Assembly: GCA_964481135.1 (NCBI GenBank)
Contig: CAYZSW010000005.1
Span: 28,126-92,125 of the forward strand
DNA from: an uncultured Candidatus Saccharibacteria bacterium
GTDB lineage: Bacteria; Patescibacteriota; UBA1384; JAMDBS01; DAOVQR01
Reading direction: 5' to 3'
DNA length: 64,000 nt
The translations under genes were made by a program, and so were the position numbers. The notes below the pieces were generated by a model that searched no databases, was not told the DNA's origin, and saw only the letters and a program-made list of their open reading frames with translations. Shown here piece by piece: positions 9,790-19,652 of this stretch (positions are counted from its first letter, which is position 1; each line of letters begins with the position of its first letter).

Positions 9790-10209
9790 ATGAAATTAAA
9801 TCAACTTACTTCAGTTAATAAATCAAAAAAAAGAATTGGAAGAGGTAATTCAGGTAAATGTGGAACTACAGCTGGTCGAGGTATGAAAGGTCAAAAATCA
9901 AGATCAGGCTTTAATATTCCTAAAAGATTTGAAGGTGGACAAACATCACTTATTCAAAGATTGCCCAAAAAAGGTGGTTTTAAAAGTTTAAATAAAAAAC
10001 CACAAATAGTTAAAATTTCATTGCTTGAGAAAAAATTTAACGATAACGACAAAATAAGTCCTGAAACCTTATTTGCAAAGAAAATTATTTCTTCAAAAAA
10101 GACACAGGTCAAAATTTTGTTTGATAAAAAAATATCAAAGAAATTTGTTTTAAAAAAATGTAAGGTATCTAGTAAGGCCAAAGAATATTTTAAATTATCT
10201 GTAAAATAA
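9790..10209 (+). CDS. rplO: 50S ribosomal protein L15
   Basis: RIGRG, GRGMKGQKSRSG, FEGGQT, RLPKKG. Confidence 0.99.
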   Translation: MKLNQLTSVNKSKKRIGRGNSGKCGTTAGRGMKGQKSRSGFNIPKRFEGGQTSLIQRLPKKGGFKSLNKKPQIVKISLLEKKFNDNDKISPETLFAKKIISSKKTQVKILFDKKISKKFVLKKCKVSSKAKEYFKLSVK

Positions 10210-10212
10210 TTT

Positions 10213-11481
10213 ATGTTTGACTCAATTAAAAAAATTTTTTCTTCCAAAGAACTAACTAAAAAAATCATATTTGTGGTATCTATTTTAATTATATTTAGGA
10301 TTTTATCGCATATACCAATGCCAGGTGTAGATATTGTTTCACTGAAAGATTTTTTCGATAAAAATCAGGCATTTGGGTTACTAAACATGTTCACCGGTGG
10401 CGCAATGCGTAATTTCTCAATTGTTATGTTGGGTGTTGGTCCATATATTACTGCATCGATTATTTTTCAATTACTACAAATGATAGTGCCATCTTTAGAA
10501 GCTTTATCAAAAGAAGGAGAGCAAGGAAGAGAAAAAATCAATCACTATACTAGAATTGCAACCGTGCCATTGGCTTTTTTACAATCATATGCCATGATTG
10601 CACTTCTTAGAAATCAAGGGATTGTTATTGAAGGAAATACATTCGACCTAATTACAAATTTATGTAGTTTAACAGCAGGTACCATGCTGCTAACCTGGAT
10701 GGGTGAGTTAATTTCAGAAAAAGGTATTGGTAACGGAGTTTCTTTAATAATTGCTTTAGGAATTATTTCTGGCTTTCCAATGCAACTGGCGCAAACTATT
10801 GCGGTTGCAGATTCTACAAGAATAATTGGTTTAGTAATATTTGGTGTATTAGGATTGTTAGTAACAGCATCTATTGTTTTTATAAACGAAGGCGAACGAC
10901 AAGTTCCAATAACTTATGCTAGAAGAGTGAGGGGCAATAAAAGTTATGGTGGAGTTGATACATACCTACCAATAAGAGTTACTCTTGCTGGAGTTATACC
11001 AATTATATTTGCTCTTTCAGTTATGGTTATACCTTCCGTATTAGCTAAATTTTTAGAACAAGCAAAATCTGGCTGGCTAGTAAACTTTGGTTCATGGCTA
11101 AATACAACTTTTTCAAACGATGTTTATTATAGTATTATCTATTTTTTCTTAGTTATTGCATTTACATTTTTTTATACTTCTGTTGTTTTTCAGCCCAATC
11201 AGATTGCTGAGAATCTGCAGAAAAGAGGCGGTTTTATCCCCGGGATAAGACCTGGCAAAGAAACATCAGATTACTTAGTTGATGTTTTATTTAAAGTTAC
11301 ATTTGTTGGAGCTTTGTTTCTAGCTGTAATTGCGGTATTACCTTATATCGTTCAAGCAATGACTAATTTAAAAACTCTGGCAGTTGGTGGAACAGGAATT
11401 TTGATTGTAATTTCAGTAATACTTGAAACTAAAAGACAAATTGAAGCACAGTTAATAATGCATAAATACGATAATTATTAA
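10213..11481 (+). CDS. secY: Preprotein translocase subunit SecY
   Basis: LGVGPYITASII, GIGNG, AGVIPIIFA, GGFIPGIRPG; multiple TM segments. Confidence 0.99.
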   Translation: MFDSIKKIFSSKELTKKIIFVVSILIIFRILSHIPMPGVDIVSLKDFFDKNQAFGLLNMFTGGAMRNFSIVMLGVGPYITASIIFQLLQMIVPSLEALSKEGEQGREKINHYTRIATVPLAFLQSYAMIALLRNQGIVIEGNTFDLITNLCSLTAGTMLLTWMGELISEKGIGNGVSLIIALGIISGFPMQLAQTIAVADSTRIIGLVIFGVLGLLVTASIVFINEGERQVPITYARRVRGNKSYGGVDTYLPIRVTLAGVIPIIFALSVMVIPSVLAKFLEQAKSGWLVNFGSWLNTTFSNDVYYSIIYFFLVIAFTFFYTSVVFQPNQIAENLQKRGGFIPGIRPGKETSDYLVDVLFKVTFVGALFLAVIAVLPYIVQAMTNLKTLAVGGTGILIVISVILETKRQIEAQLIMHKYDNY

Positions 11482-11490
11482 AGGAGGAAT

Positions 11491-12507
11491 ATGAAAAACA
11501 AAAGCAATAAAATAATTTACAGTATTATAATTTTAGTAATTGTGGTTTTTGCGAGTGTATGGTATGTGATTGGTAGAAATCAAAACAATGAAAACGATTT
11601 AAATCAAGAAGAGCCAGAGCAATTCAATCAGGAAGATATTAAAGATTTGCAATTAGAAGGGGCAATTTATACTGCAAAAACTAGTCAGAACGAAACGATT
11701 ATTCATAAATTTAACTTAGATACTAGTGAGGAAAAAGTCGTGTTTTCTGATCAAAAAGAAAAAGAAAAAATAAAATCATTAGCTGGAATAATTAATGATA
11801 AATATATTTTGGCTCAATTTATGGTTACAGGTCAGGAATTTATAGGATCATTGTACAAAGTTTCCTTAGATGCTTCAGCTAAAAAGGAAGAAATTGCTCA
11901 AGATTTTGCAAGTTCCCAACCACCAAAAGCTTCACCAGACGGTAAGAAAATTGCTTATACTATGTTTAGTAATGCTGAGTTTGATTTCGGATTTAAATTA
12001 ATTATTGCAAATATTGACAATACTTCTATGACTGAAATTGACTCAGATAAATCAAATATCACTATTTATTCTTGGGATCCTAATAGTAAAAAAATTTGTT
12101 ATAAAAAAGGTAACGACGAAGATTCTACAAAATTATATTATGCAGATGTTTCTTCTGGAAAAATCTCAAATTTAGCAGAAATAAAAGGTAGGGTTCATGA
12201 TTTGTTCTGGGGAAATGAAGATTTATTTGTTTCAAGTATTCAAGAAAAAGGTAAATCACTTAATCAAACAGAATTATTTAAATTTTCCTTGAATAATATC
12301 AAATTAGATCAAATTACAAAAAATGATAAATTTGAATCATCTGTTGTAGTATCCCCGGATTTAAAGGGAATTAGTTATTTTTCAACTACATTTGAGGGAG
12401 AAGAGAAAACAGCCATGAAAGACGGAGAAATTTTTATATCTCAAATTTCTGGAGAGAATGTAAAAAAAATTAATGATGGGAATATTGTTTTAGGTTGGAT
12501 GCAATAA
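11491..12507 (+). CDS. Membrane-anchored TolB/PD40-like beta-propeller protein
   Basis: N-terminal TM; repeats SPDGKKIAY, SWDPNSKKICY, VSPDLKGISY; AGGAGG SD. Confidence 0.65.
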   Translation: MKNKSNKIIYSIIILVIVVFASVWYVIGRNQNNENDLNQEEPEQFNQEDIKDLQLEGAIYTAKTSQNETIIHKFNLDTSEEKVVFSDQKEKEKIKSLAGIINDKYILAQFMVTGQEFIGSLYKVSLDASAKKEEIAQDFASSQPPKASPDGKKIAYTMFSNAEFDFGFKLIIANIDNTSMTEIDSDKSNITIYSWDPNSKKICYKKGNDEDSTKLYYADVSSGKISNLAEIKGRVHDLFWGNEDLFVSSIQEKGKSLNQTELFKFSLNNIKLDQITKNDKFESSVVVSPDLKGISYFSTTFEGEEKTAMKDGEIFISQISGENVKKINDGNIVLGWMQ

Positions 12508-13187
12508 TGAAATTATTAGAAAAACCAGTATGTATAGTAATATATGGCCCACAAGCTTCTGGAAAAGGAACTCAAGCAGAAAATATTGTTCGTGCTGTTA
12601 ATTTAAAATTAATTACAACTGGTAATCTTTTGCGCAATGAGCAAAAAAAGAAGACAGCACTGGCTAAAAAAATTCATCTTAGTATGCAAAAAGGTGAGTT
12701 AGTTGATGATAAAACTATTGCAACTTTACTTAATAATGAGTTATCTAAAAATGAAAATACAAATGGAGTATTAATTGATTGTTTCCCCAGAAATAAAGCT
12801 CAAATCATATATTTTAAAGATATTTTAAAAAAGTATAATTTTAAAAAGGTAATTGCAATATTTTTAAAAATTAATCAACAAACAGCAGTTAGTCGGATCA
12901 TTAATCGCAAAATTTGTACAAATTGTCAAACTCCTTATGGGCCAATGCATAAAGATTATAAAAAAAATATCTGCTCAAAATGTAAAGGCAAATTAACTAA
13001 AAGATCTGACGATACGCCCGAGGCGTTAAAAAAAAGATTAGAGGCATATTACAATGAAACACTGCCCGCAATAGAGTATTTTAAGAAAAACTACCTGTTA
13101 TTAGAAATAGATGGGGAACCAAACATAGATACGGTGTCAAAAACAGTTTTTGAACAATTAATTGTTAAAGGTGTTATTAAGAAATGA
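12507..13187 (+). CDS. adk: Adenylate kinase with Zn-type LID
   Basis: P-loop GPQASGKGTQ, D(C)FPR, CxxC..CxxC lid, RSDD; precedes map. Confidence 0.93.
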   Translation: MKLLEKPVCIVIYGPQASGKGTQAENIVRAVNLKLITTGNLLRNEQKKKTALAKKIHLSMQKGELVDDKTIATLLNNELSKNENTNGVLIDCFPRNKAQIIYFKDILKKYNFKKVIAIFLKINQQTAVSRIINRKICTNCQTPYGPMHKDYKKNICSKCKGKLTKRSDDTPEALKKRLEAYYNETLPAIEYFKKNYLLLEIDGEPNIDTVSKTVFEQLIVKGVIKK

Positions 13188-13927
13188 ACATTAAGAGCAA
13201 AAAAGAAATTGATTTAATGAGACACTCAGGAAAAATTTTAAGTAAAACTTTAAATCAATTAAAAAAAGAAATTAAACCAGGTGTCTGTGCAAAATATTTA
13301 GACGATTTGGCAGAAAAGATTATTGCCAGCAGTAACGCAAAACCTGCTTTTAAAGGTTTTAATGGTTATAAATATACAATTTGTGCGTCTTTAAATAATG
13401 AAGTTGTTCACGGTTTACCTCTAAAAAATAAATTCATTAAAAAAAACGATATAGTAAGTATTGATTGTGGAGTAAATTTCAATGGGTATCATACTGATGC
13501 GGCTTTTACGCTAGCGGTCGGCGAGGCAAATGAAAAAACAAACTTATTAATTGAAACAACAAAACAATCCTTACACAATGCAATTAAAATAATTAAACAC
13601 AAAATTCCATTAATCAAAGTTCAAAAAATTGTTCAAAACACAATTGAAAAACCAGGTTTTTCAGTGATAAGATCGCTTTCCGGTCACGGAATAGGTAAAA
13701 GATTACATGAACCACCATCAATATTTAATTTTGTCGGTAAAAATTCGGATATTATTTTACAAAAAGGTATGACTTTTTGTTTAGAACCAATGAGTTCTAT
13801 GGGTAGGTTTGATGTACAAACCAAAGAAGATGGCTGGACTATTGTTACTTCAGATAATAGTCTTTCAGCACACTTTGAGCATACCATTTTGGTTACAGAA
13901 AATGGTTTTGAAATCTTAACACAATGA
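13184..13927 (+). CDS. map: Type I methionine aminopeptidase
   Basis: EVVHG, DCG..HTD, GHGIG..LHEPP, LEPM, SAHFEHT. Confidence 0.98.
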   Translation: MNIKSKKEIDLMRHSGKILSKTLNQLKKEIKPGVCAKYLDDLAEKIIASSNAKPAFKGFNGYKYTICASLNNEVVHGLPLKNKFIKKNDIVSIDCGVNFNGYHTDAAFTLAVGEANEKTNLLIETTKQSLHNAIKIIKHKIPLIKVQKIVQNTIEKPGFSVIRSLSGHGIGKRLHEPPSIFNFVGKNSDIILQKGMTFCLEPMSSMGRFDVQTKEDGWTIVTSDNSLSAHFEHTILVTENGFEILTQ

Positions 13928-13960
13928 TAAAAAATAATTTTTTAGTGTATTTCATAGGTA

Positions 13961-13989
13961 TTGACCAAAATATATATTTATGATAATAT
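13961..13989 (+). promoter_or_regulatory. Putative internal promoter for the infA-alpha operon
   Basis: TTGACC-17 nt-TAATAT with TG extension. Confidence 0.5.
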
Positions 13990-14017
13990 AACTAAGAATA
14001 GATAAGGTTTATTGTAA

Positions 14018-14230
14018 ATGACAAAACAAGTTATAGAGCAAGAAGGTATTGTAACTGAAGCTTTGCCTTCAGCTATGTTTAAAGTTAGTTTAGATTCAGG
14101 GCAAGAAATAATTGCCCATATTTCAGGCAAAATAAGACTTAATTACATAAAAATTATTCCAGGAGACAAGGTTAGGGTGGAAATTACTCCTTACGATTTG
14201 TCAAAGGGAAGGATTACTAGAAGGCTTTAG
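14018..14230 (+). CDS. infA: Translation initiation factor IF-1
   Basis: [28 protein letters not shown]. Confidence 0.99.
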   Translation: MTKQVIEQEGIVTEALPSAMFKVSLDSGQEIIAHISGKIRLNYIKIIPGDKVRVEITPYDLSKGRITRRL

Positions 14231-14240
14231 GTTATAAAAT

Positions 14241-14384
14241 ATGAAAGTTAGATCATCTGTTAAGAAAATTTGTAAAGATTGTCAAATTATAACAAGACGC
14301 AAATCAGGCAAATCTGGTAAGTCAAAAAAACCAGTCAAATTTGTAATTTGCAAAAATCCAAAACATAAACAAAGACAAGGATAA
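14241..14384 (+). CDS. rpmJ: 50S ribosomal protein L36 (47 aa, with basic insertion)
   Basis: Manual translation [47 protein letters not shown]. Confidence 0.97.
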   Translation: MKVRSSVKKICKDCQIITRRKSGKSGKSKKPVKFVICKNPKHKQRQG

Positions 14385-14392
14385 AGGAATTT

Positions 14393-14776
14393 ATGGCTAG
14401 ATTACTTGGGGTAAATATCCCAGACAATAAAAATATTCAATACTCACTTACTTACATTTATGGTATTGGTCCTTCTACTGCAAAAAAGATATTAAATCAA
14501 TGCAATATTGATATATTCACTAAAACAAAAGACATAAAAACTACCGAGCTTGATAGAATCAAAGAAGTAATTGAAAAAAATTTTAAGACCGAAGGTGATC
14601 TTAAGATGGAAGTAAATCAGAATATTAAGAGATTGAAAGAAATAAGTTGCTATAGAGGTACACGACACATGAAAGGTCTGCCCGCAAGAGGACAAAGAAC
14701 AAAAACAAATGCAAGGACAAAAAGAGGAAAAAGAGTTTGTGTCGGTAGTGGTCGTAGAAAAGTAGAAAAAACATAA
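14393..14776 (+). CDS. rpsM: 30S ribosomal protein S13
   Basis: LTYIYGIG, YRGTRH, RGQRTKTNART. Confidence 0.99.
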   Translation: MARLLGVNIPDNKNIQYSLTYIYGIGPSTAKKILNQCNIDIFTKTKDIKTTELDRIKEVIEKNFKTEGDLKMEVNQNIKRLKEISCYRGTRHMKGLPARGQRTKTNARTKRGKRVCVGSGRRKVEKT

Positions 14777-14792
14777 AATAATGGAGTAATTA

Positions 14793-15179
14793 ATGGCAAT
14801 AAAAACTGTTAAGAAAAAAGTTCGAAAAGAGGTTGTGAGTGGTAGAATTTATGTACAATCAACTTTCAACAACACAATTATTACAATTACCGACTCAACA
14901 GGCAATTCATTGGTTGCAGTTTCAGCTGGCAGTTTAGGTTTTAAAGGAGCAAGAAAAACAACACCATACGCTGCTCAAATGATAATGCAAAGTGCGGTTG
15001 ATAAAGTAAAAAATTTATATGGCTTTAAACAGGCGGAAGTTTTTGTCTCAGGGGTTGGTAACGGAAGAGAAGCAGCAATAAAAGCACTTAATAATTCACA
15101 AATAACAATTACAAATATCGAAGATAAAACTCCTGTGCCACACAATGGCTGCAGAGCTAAAAAATTAAGAAGAGTATAA
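14793..15179 (+). CDS. rpsK: 30S ribosomal protein S11
   Basis: STFNNTIITITD, GFKGARKTTPYAA, PVPHNGCR. Confidence 0.99.
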   Translation: MAIKTVKKKVRKEVVSGRIYVQSTFNNTIITITDSTGNSLVAVSAGSLGFKGARKTTPYAAQMIMQSAVDKVKNLYGFKQAEVFVSGVGNGREAAIKALNNSQITITNIEDKTPVPHNGCRAKKLRRV

Positions 15180-15182
15180 ATT

Positions 15183-15776
15183 ATGAATAATATTCAAAGT
15201 GTATGTAGAATTTGTAGAAAATATAAAACAAAACTTTTTTTAAAGGGTGATCGTTGTAATACACCAAAATGTGCTTTGACAAAAAGACCATATGGTCCTG
15301 GTATTCATGGCCAATCCCGACACAGAATGACAGAATATGCAATCCAGTTAGCAGAAAAACAAAAAGCTAAGGCAATTTATTCAATAAGAGAAAAACAATT
15401 TAAAAATTATTATTTGATGTCGGTTAAATCAAAAAGCAATACTTCAGAAGAATTATTGCGTCAATTAGAATTAAGATTCGATAGTATTGTTTATCGTTTA
15501 GGTTTTGCTTCTTCAAGATTAGAAGCACGACAAATGATAAGACATAATAAATTTTTAATTAACAACAAAAAAACAAATATTCCATCATACACTTTAAAAG
15601 CGAAAGATATTATTAAGCCAAAAAACAGTAAAATAAAACTTGTAAAAACAGAAATACCTGTTTGGCTTAGTTTTGATAAAAAACAAATGACAGGCGAGGT
15701 TATTAAACTTCCCGAAAGAAAAGAAATGCCAATTGATTTTTCAGATCAGTTAATTGTTGAATTTTATAGCAGATAA
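15183..15776 (+). CDS. rpsD: 30S ribosomal protein S4
   Basis: CRICR, PGIHG, QLAEKQK, LELRFDSIVYRLG, VEFYSR. Confidence 0.99.
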   Translation: MNNIQSVCRICRKYKTKLFLKGDRCNTPKCALTKRPYGPGIHGQSRHRMTEYAIQLAEKQKAKAIYSIREKQFKNYYLMSVKSKSNTSEELLRQLELRFDSIVYRLGFASSRLEARQMIRHNKFLINNKKTNIPSYTLKAKDIIKPKNSKIKLVKTEIPVWLSFDKKQMTGEVIKLPERKEMPIDFSDQLIVEFYSR

Positions 15777-15813
15777 TTATAAATAATTAATTAAATACAA
15801 ATAAGGATATAAT

Positions 15814-16608
15814 ATGTTTACATTGCCGGGCACAGAATTAGTAAATATTAAAAAAATTAACGAAAAAGAAAATACCTCGACATTTATTATTGAACCATTG
15901 CTTCCAGGTTATGGTATGACTATTGGTAATTCTTTAAGAAGAGTGTTGCTTTCATCTTTACCTGGATCTGCAATTACATGGGTAAAAATCGCAGGAACAA
16001 CACACGAATTTTCTTCGATACCGGGCGTAAAAGAAGATATTGTTGATATAATTTTGAACTTAAAGGGTTTAAAAGTAAAATTACTTTCAGAAGAAGAAGC
16101 AGTGCTTAAACTTAACGCTAAAGGACCTGGCGTAGTGACAGCAAAAGATTTTTCAAAAAATGCACAAGTAGAGATACCAGATTCAAAATATCATATTGCT
16201 ACATTGGACAAAAATGGTAAACTAAATATTGAAGCAACAATTAAAAATGGCAGAGGTTATGTAACTGTAGAACAAAGAAAAGATGAAAAATTACCACTTG
16301 GGACTATTGCAATAGACAGTATTTTTACTCCAATCAAAAAAGTACATTATGAAGTTGATAACACTCGTGTTGGTGGAATGACTAACTACGATAAATTAAC
16401 TATCAACTTAACGACCGACGGTACAATAAATCCGGATCAAGCTATGCACACAGCAGCAAAAATTCTTACAGAGCATTTTGATATAGTTAAAGCTGTTTTT
16501 ACTGATAAAAAAGCTACCCCAAACACTACTAAAAAAACTAAAGTCAAAAAAGAAACTAGTGCTAAAAAAAGTACTGCCAAAAAAACTAAGAAAGTAAAAA
16601 ATGATTAA
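15814..16608 (+). CDS. rpoA: RNA polymerase alpha subunit (no recognisable alpha-CTD)
   Basis: EPLLPGYGMTIGNSLRRVLLSSLPG, HEFSSIPGVKED, YDKL; 264 aa ending in a Lys/Thr-rich tail. Confidence 0.98.
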   Translation: MFTLPGTELVNIKKINEKENTSTFIIEPLLPGYGMTIGNSLRRVLLSSLPGSAITWVKIAGTTHEFSSIPGVKEDIVDIILNLKGLKVKLLSEEEAVLKLNAKGPGVVTAKDFSKNAQVEIPDSKYHIATLDKNGKLNIEATIKNGRGYVTVEQRKDEKLPLGTIAIDSIFTPIKKVHYEVDNTRVGGMTNYDKLTINLTTDGTINPDQAMHTAAKILTEHFDIVKAVFTDKKATPNTTKKTKVKKETSAKKSTAKKTKKVKND

Positions 16609-17038
16609 AAGAAAGTTAAGTAAAAAAACTAAATATAGAAACATGATGTTACGAAATATGGCAACATCGCTTATATTATACGAACGGATTATTACTACAT
16701 CACCAAAAGCCAAGGAATTAAGAGGTGTTGTTGATAAGGTAATAAATATTGGCAAAAAAAACACACTTGAATCTAGAAGAAAATTATTAGGATACTTAAC
16801 AGACAAAAATGCGGTTAAAAAGATTTTTGAAATATTGGTTCCAAGATATAATGATAGAAATTCTGGATATACACGAATATTTAAAATTTCACCCAGAGTA
16901 GGTGATTCTGCTTCTAGATCAATTATTCAGTTAATTGGTTATAAATCAATTAAAGAAGAAAAAGAGAAAACAAAAGTTACAACTAAAGTAAAATCTAATG
17001 AAGTTGAAAATAAAAACAAAGAGGAAAAGAATGCATAA
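16601..17038 (+). CDS. rplQ: 50S ribosomal protein L17
   Basis: LRNMATSL, ITTSPKAKELR, RNSGYTRI. Confidence 0.98.
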   Translation: MIKRKLSKKTKYRNMMLRNMATSLILYERIITTSPKAKELRGVVDKVINIGKKNTLESRRKLLGYLTDKNAVKKIFEILVPRYNDRNSGYTRIFKISPRVGDSASRSIIQLIGYKSIKEEKEKTKVTTKVKSNEVENKNKEEKNA

Positions 17039-17426
17039 AACTACACTTTACAACAAAGAAATTAAAGAAAATACAACAAAAATTGACGCGAAAAATAAGG
17101 TTTTAGGCAAGCTAGCTGTGCAGGTTGCGGATATTCTGAGAGGCAAGAACCGTGCAGATTTCAGTTATCACCAAATCCCACTGAATAAAGTTATTGTTTA
17201 TAATGTTAAACATATTGCAATAAGTGGAACAAAGTTACACGATAAAAAATACTATCATCATACCGGGTATTTGGGAAATTTAAAAACAGAAGTTTTGGGT
17301 GATTTGATGCAAAAAAATCCTGAAAAAGTTTTTATTCATGCTGTTTCCGGCATGCTTCCAAAAAATCGCTTGCAAGCAAAATTTCTGGCTAATTTAAAGG
17401 TTTATAAAGAAGATATTAAGGATTAA
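17031..17426 (+). CDS. rplM: 50S ribosomal protein L13
   Basis: [32 protein letters not shown]. Confidence 0.97.
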   Translation: MHKTTLYNKEIKENTTKIDAKNKVLGKLAVQVADILRGKNRADFSYHQIPLNKVIVYNVKHIAISGTKLHDKKYYHHTGYLGNLKTEVLGDLMQKNPEKVFIHAVSGMLPKNRLQAKFLANLKVYKEDIKD

Positions 17427-17428
17427 TA

Positions 17429-17836
17429 ATGCAAAAAAAACAAGACAAAACAGAATTTAAGCCAAAAGGTAAATATTTTCAAGCAATTGGCAGAAGAAAA
17501 AGATCTACTGCACTAGTTCGTTTATATAGTGGTAAGGGTACCATTTATATTAATAGTAAACAAATCGAAAAACCACAAGAAATTTATTTGAAACCTCTTA
17601 AGGATACAAATAATTTAACTAAATTTGATATTTCAATAATTGTAAAAGGTGGTGGTAGAATTGGTCAAATAGAGGCAATTCGTTTAGGTATTTCAAGAGC
17701 TTTGCTTAAGTACAATGATCAATTAAAACAAACACTTAAAAAAGAAGGTTATTTAACTCGAGATCCTCGCGAAAAAGAAAGAAAGAAACCAGGTTTAAAA
17801 AGAGCCAGAAAAGCTCCTCAGTGGCAAAAAAGATAA
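17429..17836 (+). CDS. rpsI: 30S ribosomal protein S9
   Basis: [38 protein letters not shown]. Confidence 0.99.
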   Translation: MQKKQDKTEFKPKGKYFQAIGRRKRSTALVRLYSGKGTIYINSKQIEKPQEIYLKPLKDTNNLTKFDISIIVKGGGRIGQIEAIRLGISRALLKYNDQLKQTLKKEGYLTRDPREKERKKPGLKRARKAPQWQKR

Positions 17837-17867
17837 TTTGTTTTTAATAGTTCCTTATATATTGTTT

Positions 17868-17900
17868 AAAAAACCTTCTGGAAATTCCAGAAGGTTTTTT
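17868..17900. terminator. Bidirectional intrinsic terminator after the ribosomal cluster
   Basis: aaaaaaccttctggaa-a-ttccagaaggtttttt perfect inverted repeat. Confidence 0.85.
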
Positions 17901-17943
17901 GATATAATAGATTTATTGCTAATTAAAATATAAAAGGAAAAAT

Positions 17944-18309
17944 ATGAGTATATCAGAAATCCAAAAAAGAATTAAAATAATCGAAGACTATAAAGAGGAA
18001 AATAAAAAATCTTTAGAAATGATTAAATCAACTTTGGAAAATGATTCAAAATATTCCGAAGTTTTAGAAACAGCAAAAGAAGCCAATAAATTAAAAAAAG
18101 AAATTAAAGATAAGATTATGGGTGAGCCCAATATGGAAGAGTTGTATTGGAAAATTAAAGAAAATCGTGAAGAAATAAAAATTAACAATCAAATTTTAGC
18201 TCAGCAATTATCACAATATTTAAATACGACTAAAACTAATCAAATTGAAGATTCAGAGGGGCAACTTAGGACATTTGAAATTTCTGTTAAATTAAGCAAA
18301 AAAAACTAA
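17944..18309 (+). CDS. Hypothetical coiled-coil protein
   Basis: 121-aa charged helical ORF with AAGGA SD. Confidence 0.7.
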   Translation: MSISEIQKRIKIIEDYKEENKKSLEMIKSTLENDSKYSEVLETAKEANKLKKEIKDKIMGEPNMEELYWKIKENREEIKINNQILAQQLSQYLNTTKTNQIEDSEGQLRTFEISVKLSKKN

Positions 18310-18312
18310 ACA

Positions 18313-18341
18313 TTGACATATTTTATTTATGTTCGTATTAT
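18313..18341 (+). promoter_or_regulatory. Sigma70 promoter of dinB (predicted leaderless transcript)
   Basis: TTGACA-17 nt-TATTAT, ATG 6 nt downstream. Confidence 0.7.
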
Positions 18342-18347
18342 TAATTT

Positions 18348-19586
18348 ATGGCAAACAAAGACCGAACTAAAATAAATATTGTTAAAGATACTCAATTTTT
18401 ATTTATTGACATGAATGCTTTTTTTGCTTCTTGTGAACAGCAAACAAATTTTAACCTAAGACATAAACCGGTTGCAATTGCTCCATACAAAGGTAATACA
18501 GGGTGTATTATCTCCCCAAGCTATGAAGCAAAAGCATATGGAGTAAAAACAAGCATGCTTGTTAAAAAGGCAAAAGAAATTTGTCCTAATATTATAATTT
18601 TAGAATCAAATGTATCCATGTATCTCAATATTCACCATGAAATCAAAAAAATACTTTTTTCTTTTTCTCCTTTTGTAAAAATTTTGAGCGTAGATGAAGC
18701 GGTTATTTTTCTTTCCCCGTCGGAACAGAAAACCGAATTAGCTTTTAATATTGCCAGAAAAATTAAAAATGCAATTTATCAAAAAATAGGCAAATGTATG
18801 CGTTCTTCTATTGGGATCGGTCCAAGCATATATTTAGCTAAGCAAGCTTCTGAAATAGAAAAGCCAAATGGTCTACAAGAAATAAAAATCAAAGATATAC
18901 CCAATTATTTAAGTAAAATATCTCTCACTGACTTAAAAGGTATTAATACGCGAATGAAAATTCGTTTTAATAATCTAGGAATATATACCCCACTTGATTT
19001 ATACAATACTCCGGTGCAAAATCTGAGAGAAAAATTAGGTATAGTAGGTGAATATTGGTACCTATTATTAAGAGGAAAAGATATAACCAATTTTAATACT
19101 TGTGAAAAATCAATTGGTCATTCACATGTTTTAGAACCAAAATATCGTAAATGGGATTTTGCATGGTCTGTGTGTCAGAAATTAATTTCTAAAGCAGGAT
19201 ATCGTTTAAGAAAAACAGGTCTTACGGCAGGTGGTGTTTATTTACAAGTAAATTGTTTTAATAAATATAGTTTTCATAAAGCTTTCAAAACTAGAAGCTT
19301 TGCGGACGATTTTGCTTTTAATCGATACATTAAATTTTTATTTCAACAGATAGATAAATCTTATAAACCAATTAGGGTAGCGGTAGGATTATTCAATCTT
19401 AGTAAAAATAATTCTTTTCAAAACGATTTATTTTTAAAAAATTATAAAAACAAATTAATTTATGATATTGTTGATAAGATCAATAATAAATACGGTGCTT
19501 TTACAATTAAAAGTTCATCGATACTTTTGGCAGATGATTCTGCCCCAAATCGGATCTCATTTGGCAGACCAGATAATAATTTTTAA
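18348..19586 (+). CDS. dinB: Y-family DNA polymerase (DinB/Pol IV-like)
   Basis: IDMNAFFASCEQ, SYEAKAYGV, SVDEA, LAKQAS..KPNG, KSIGHS. Confidence 0.93.
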   Translation: MANKDRTKINIVKDTQFLFIDMNAFFASCEQQTNFNLRHKPVAIAPYKGNTGCIISPSYEAKAYGVKTSMLVKKAKEICPNIIILESNVSMYLNIHHEIKKILFSFSPFVKILSVDEAVIFLSPSEQKTELAFNIARKIKNAIYQKIGKCMRSSIGIGPSIYLAKQASEIEKPNGLQEIKIKDIPNYLSKISLTDLKGINTRMKIRFNNLGIYTPLDLYNTPVQNLREKLGIVGEYWYLLLRGKDITNFNTCEKSIGHSHVLEPKYRKWDFAWSVCQKLISKAGYRLRKTGLTAGGVYLQVNCFNKYSFHKAFKTRSFADDFAFNRYIKFLFQQIDKSYKPIRVAVGLFNLSKNNSFQNDLFLKNYKNKLIYDIVDKINNKYGAFTIKSSSILLADDSAPNRISFGRPDNNF

Positions 19587-19652
19587 ATAAAAATTTGAAT
19601 TTAATAATTCTTAAAGATATAATAATATATAAGATACAGAAAATAAATCAAC

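Noticed and set aside
18319-18335. LexA/SOS box in the dinB promoter (ATGTTCG)
   Set aside because: Only one half-site of the Gram-positive CGAAC-N4-GTTCG box is present, which is insufficient without the genome's LexA motif.
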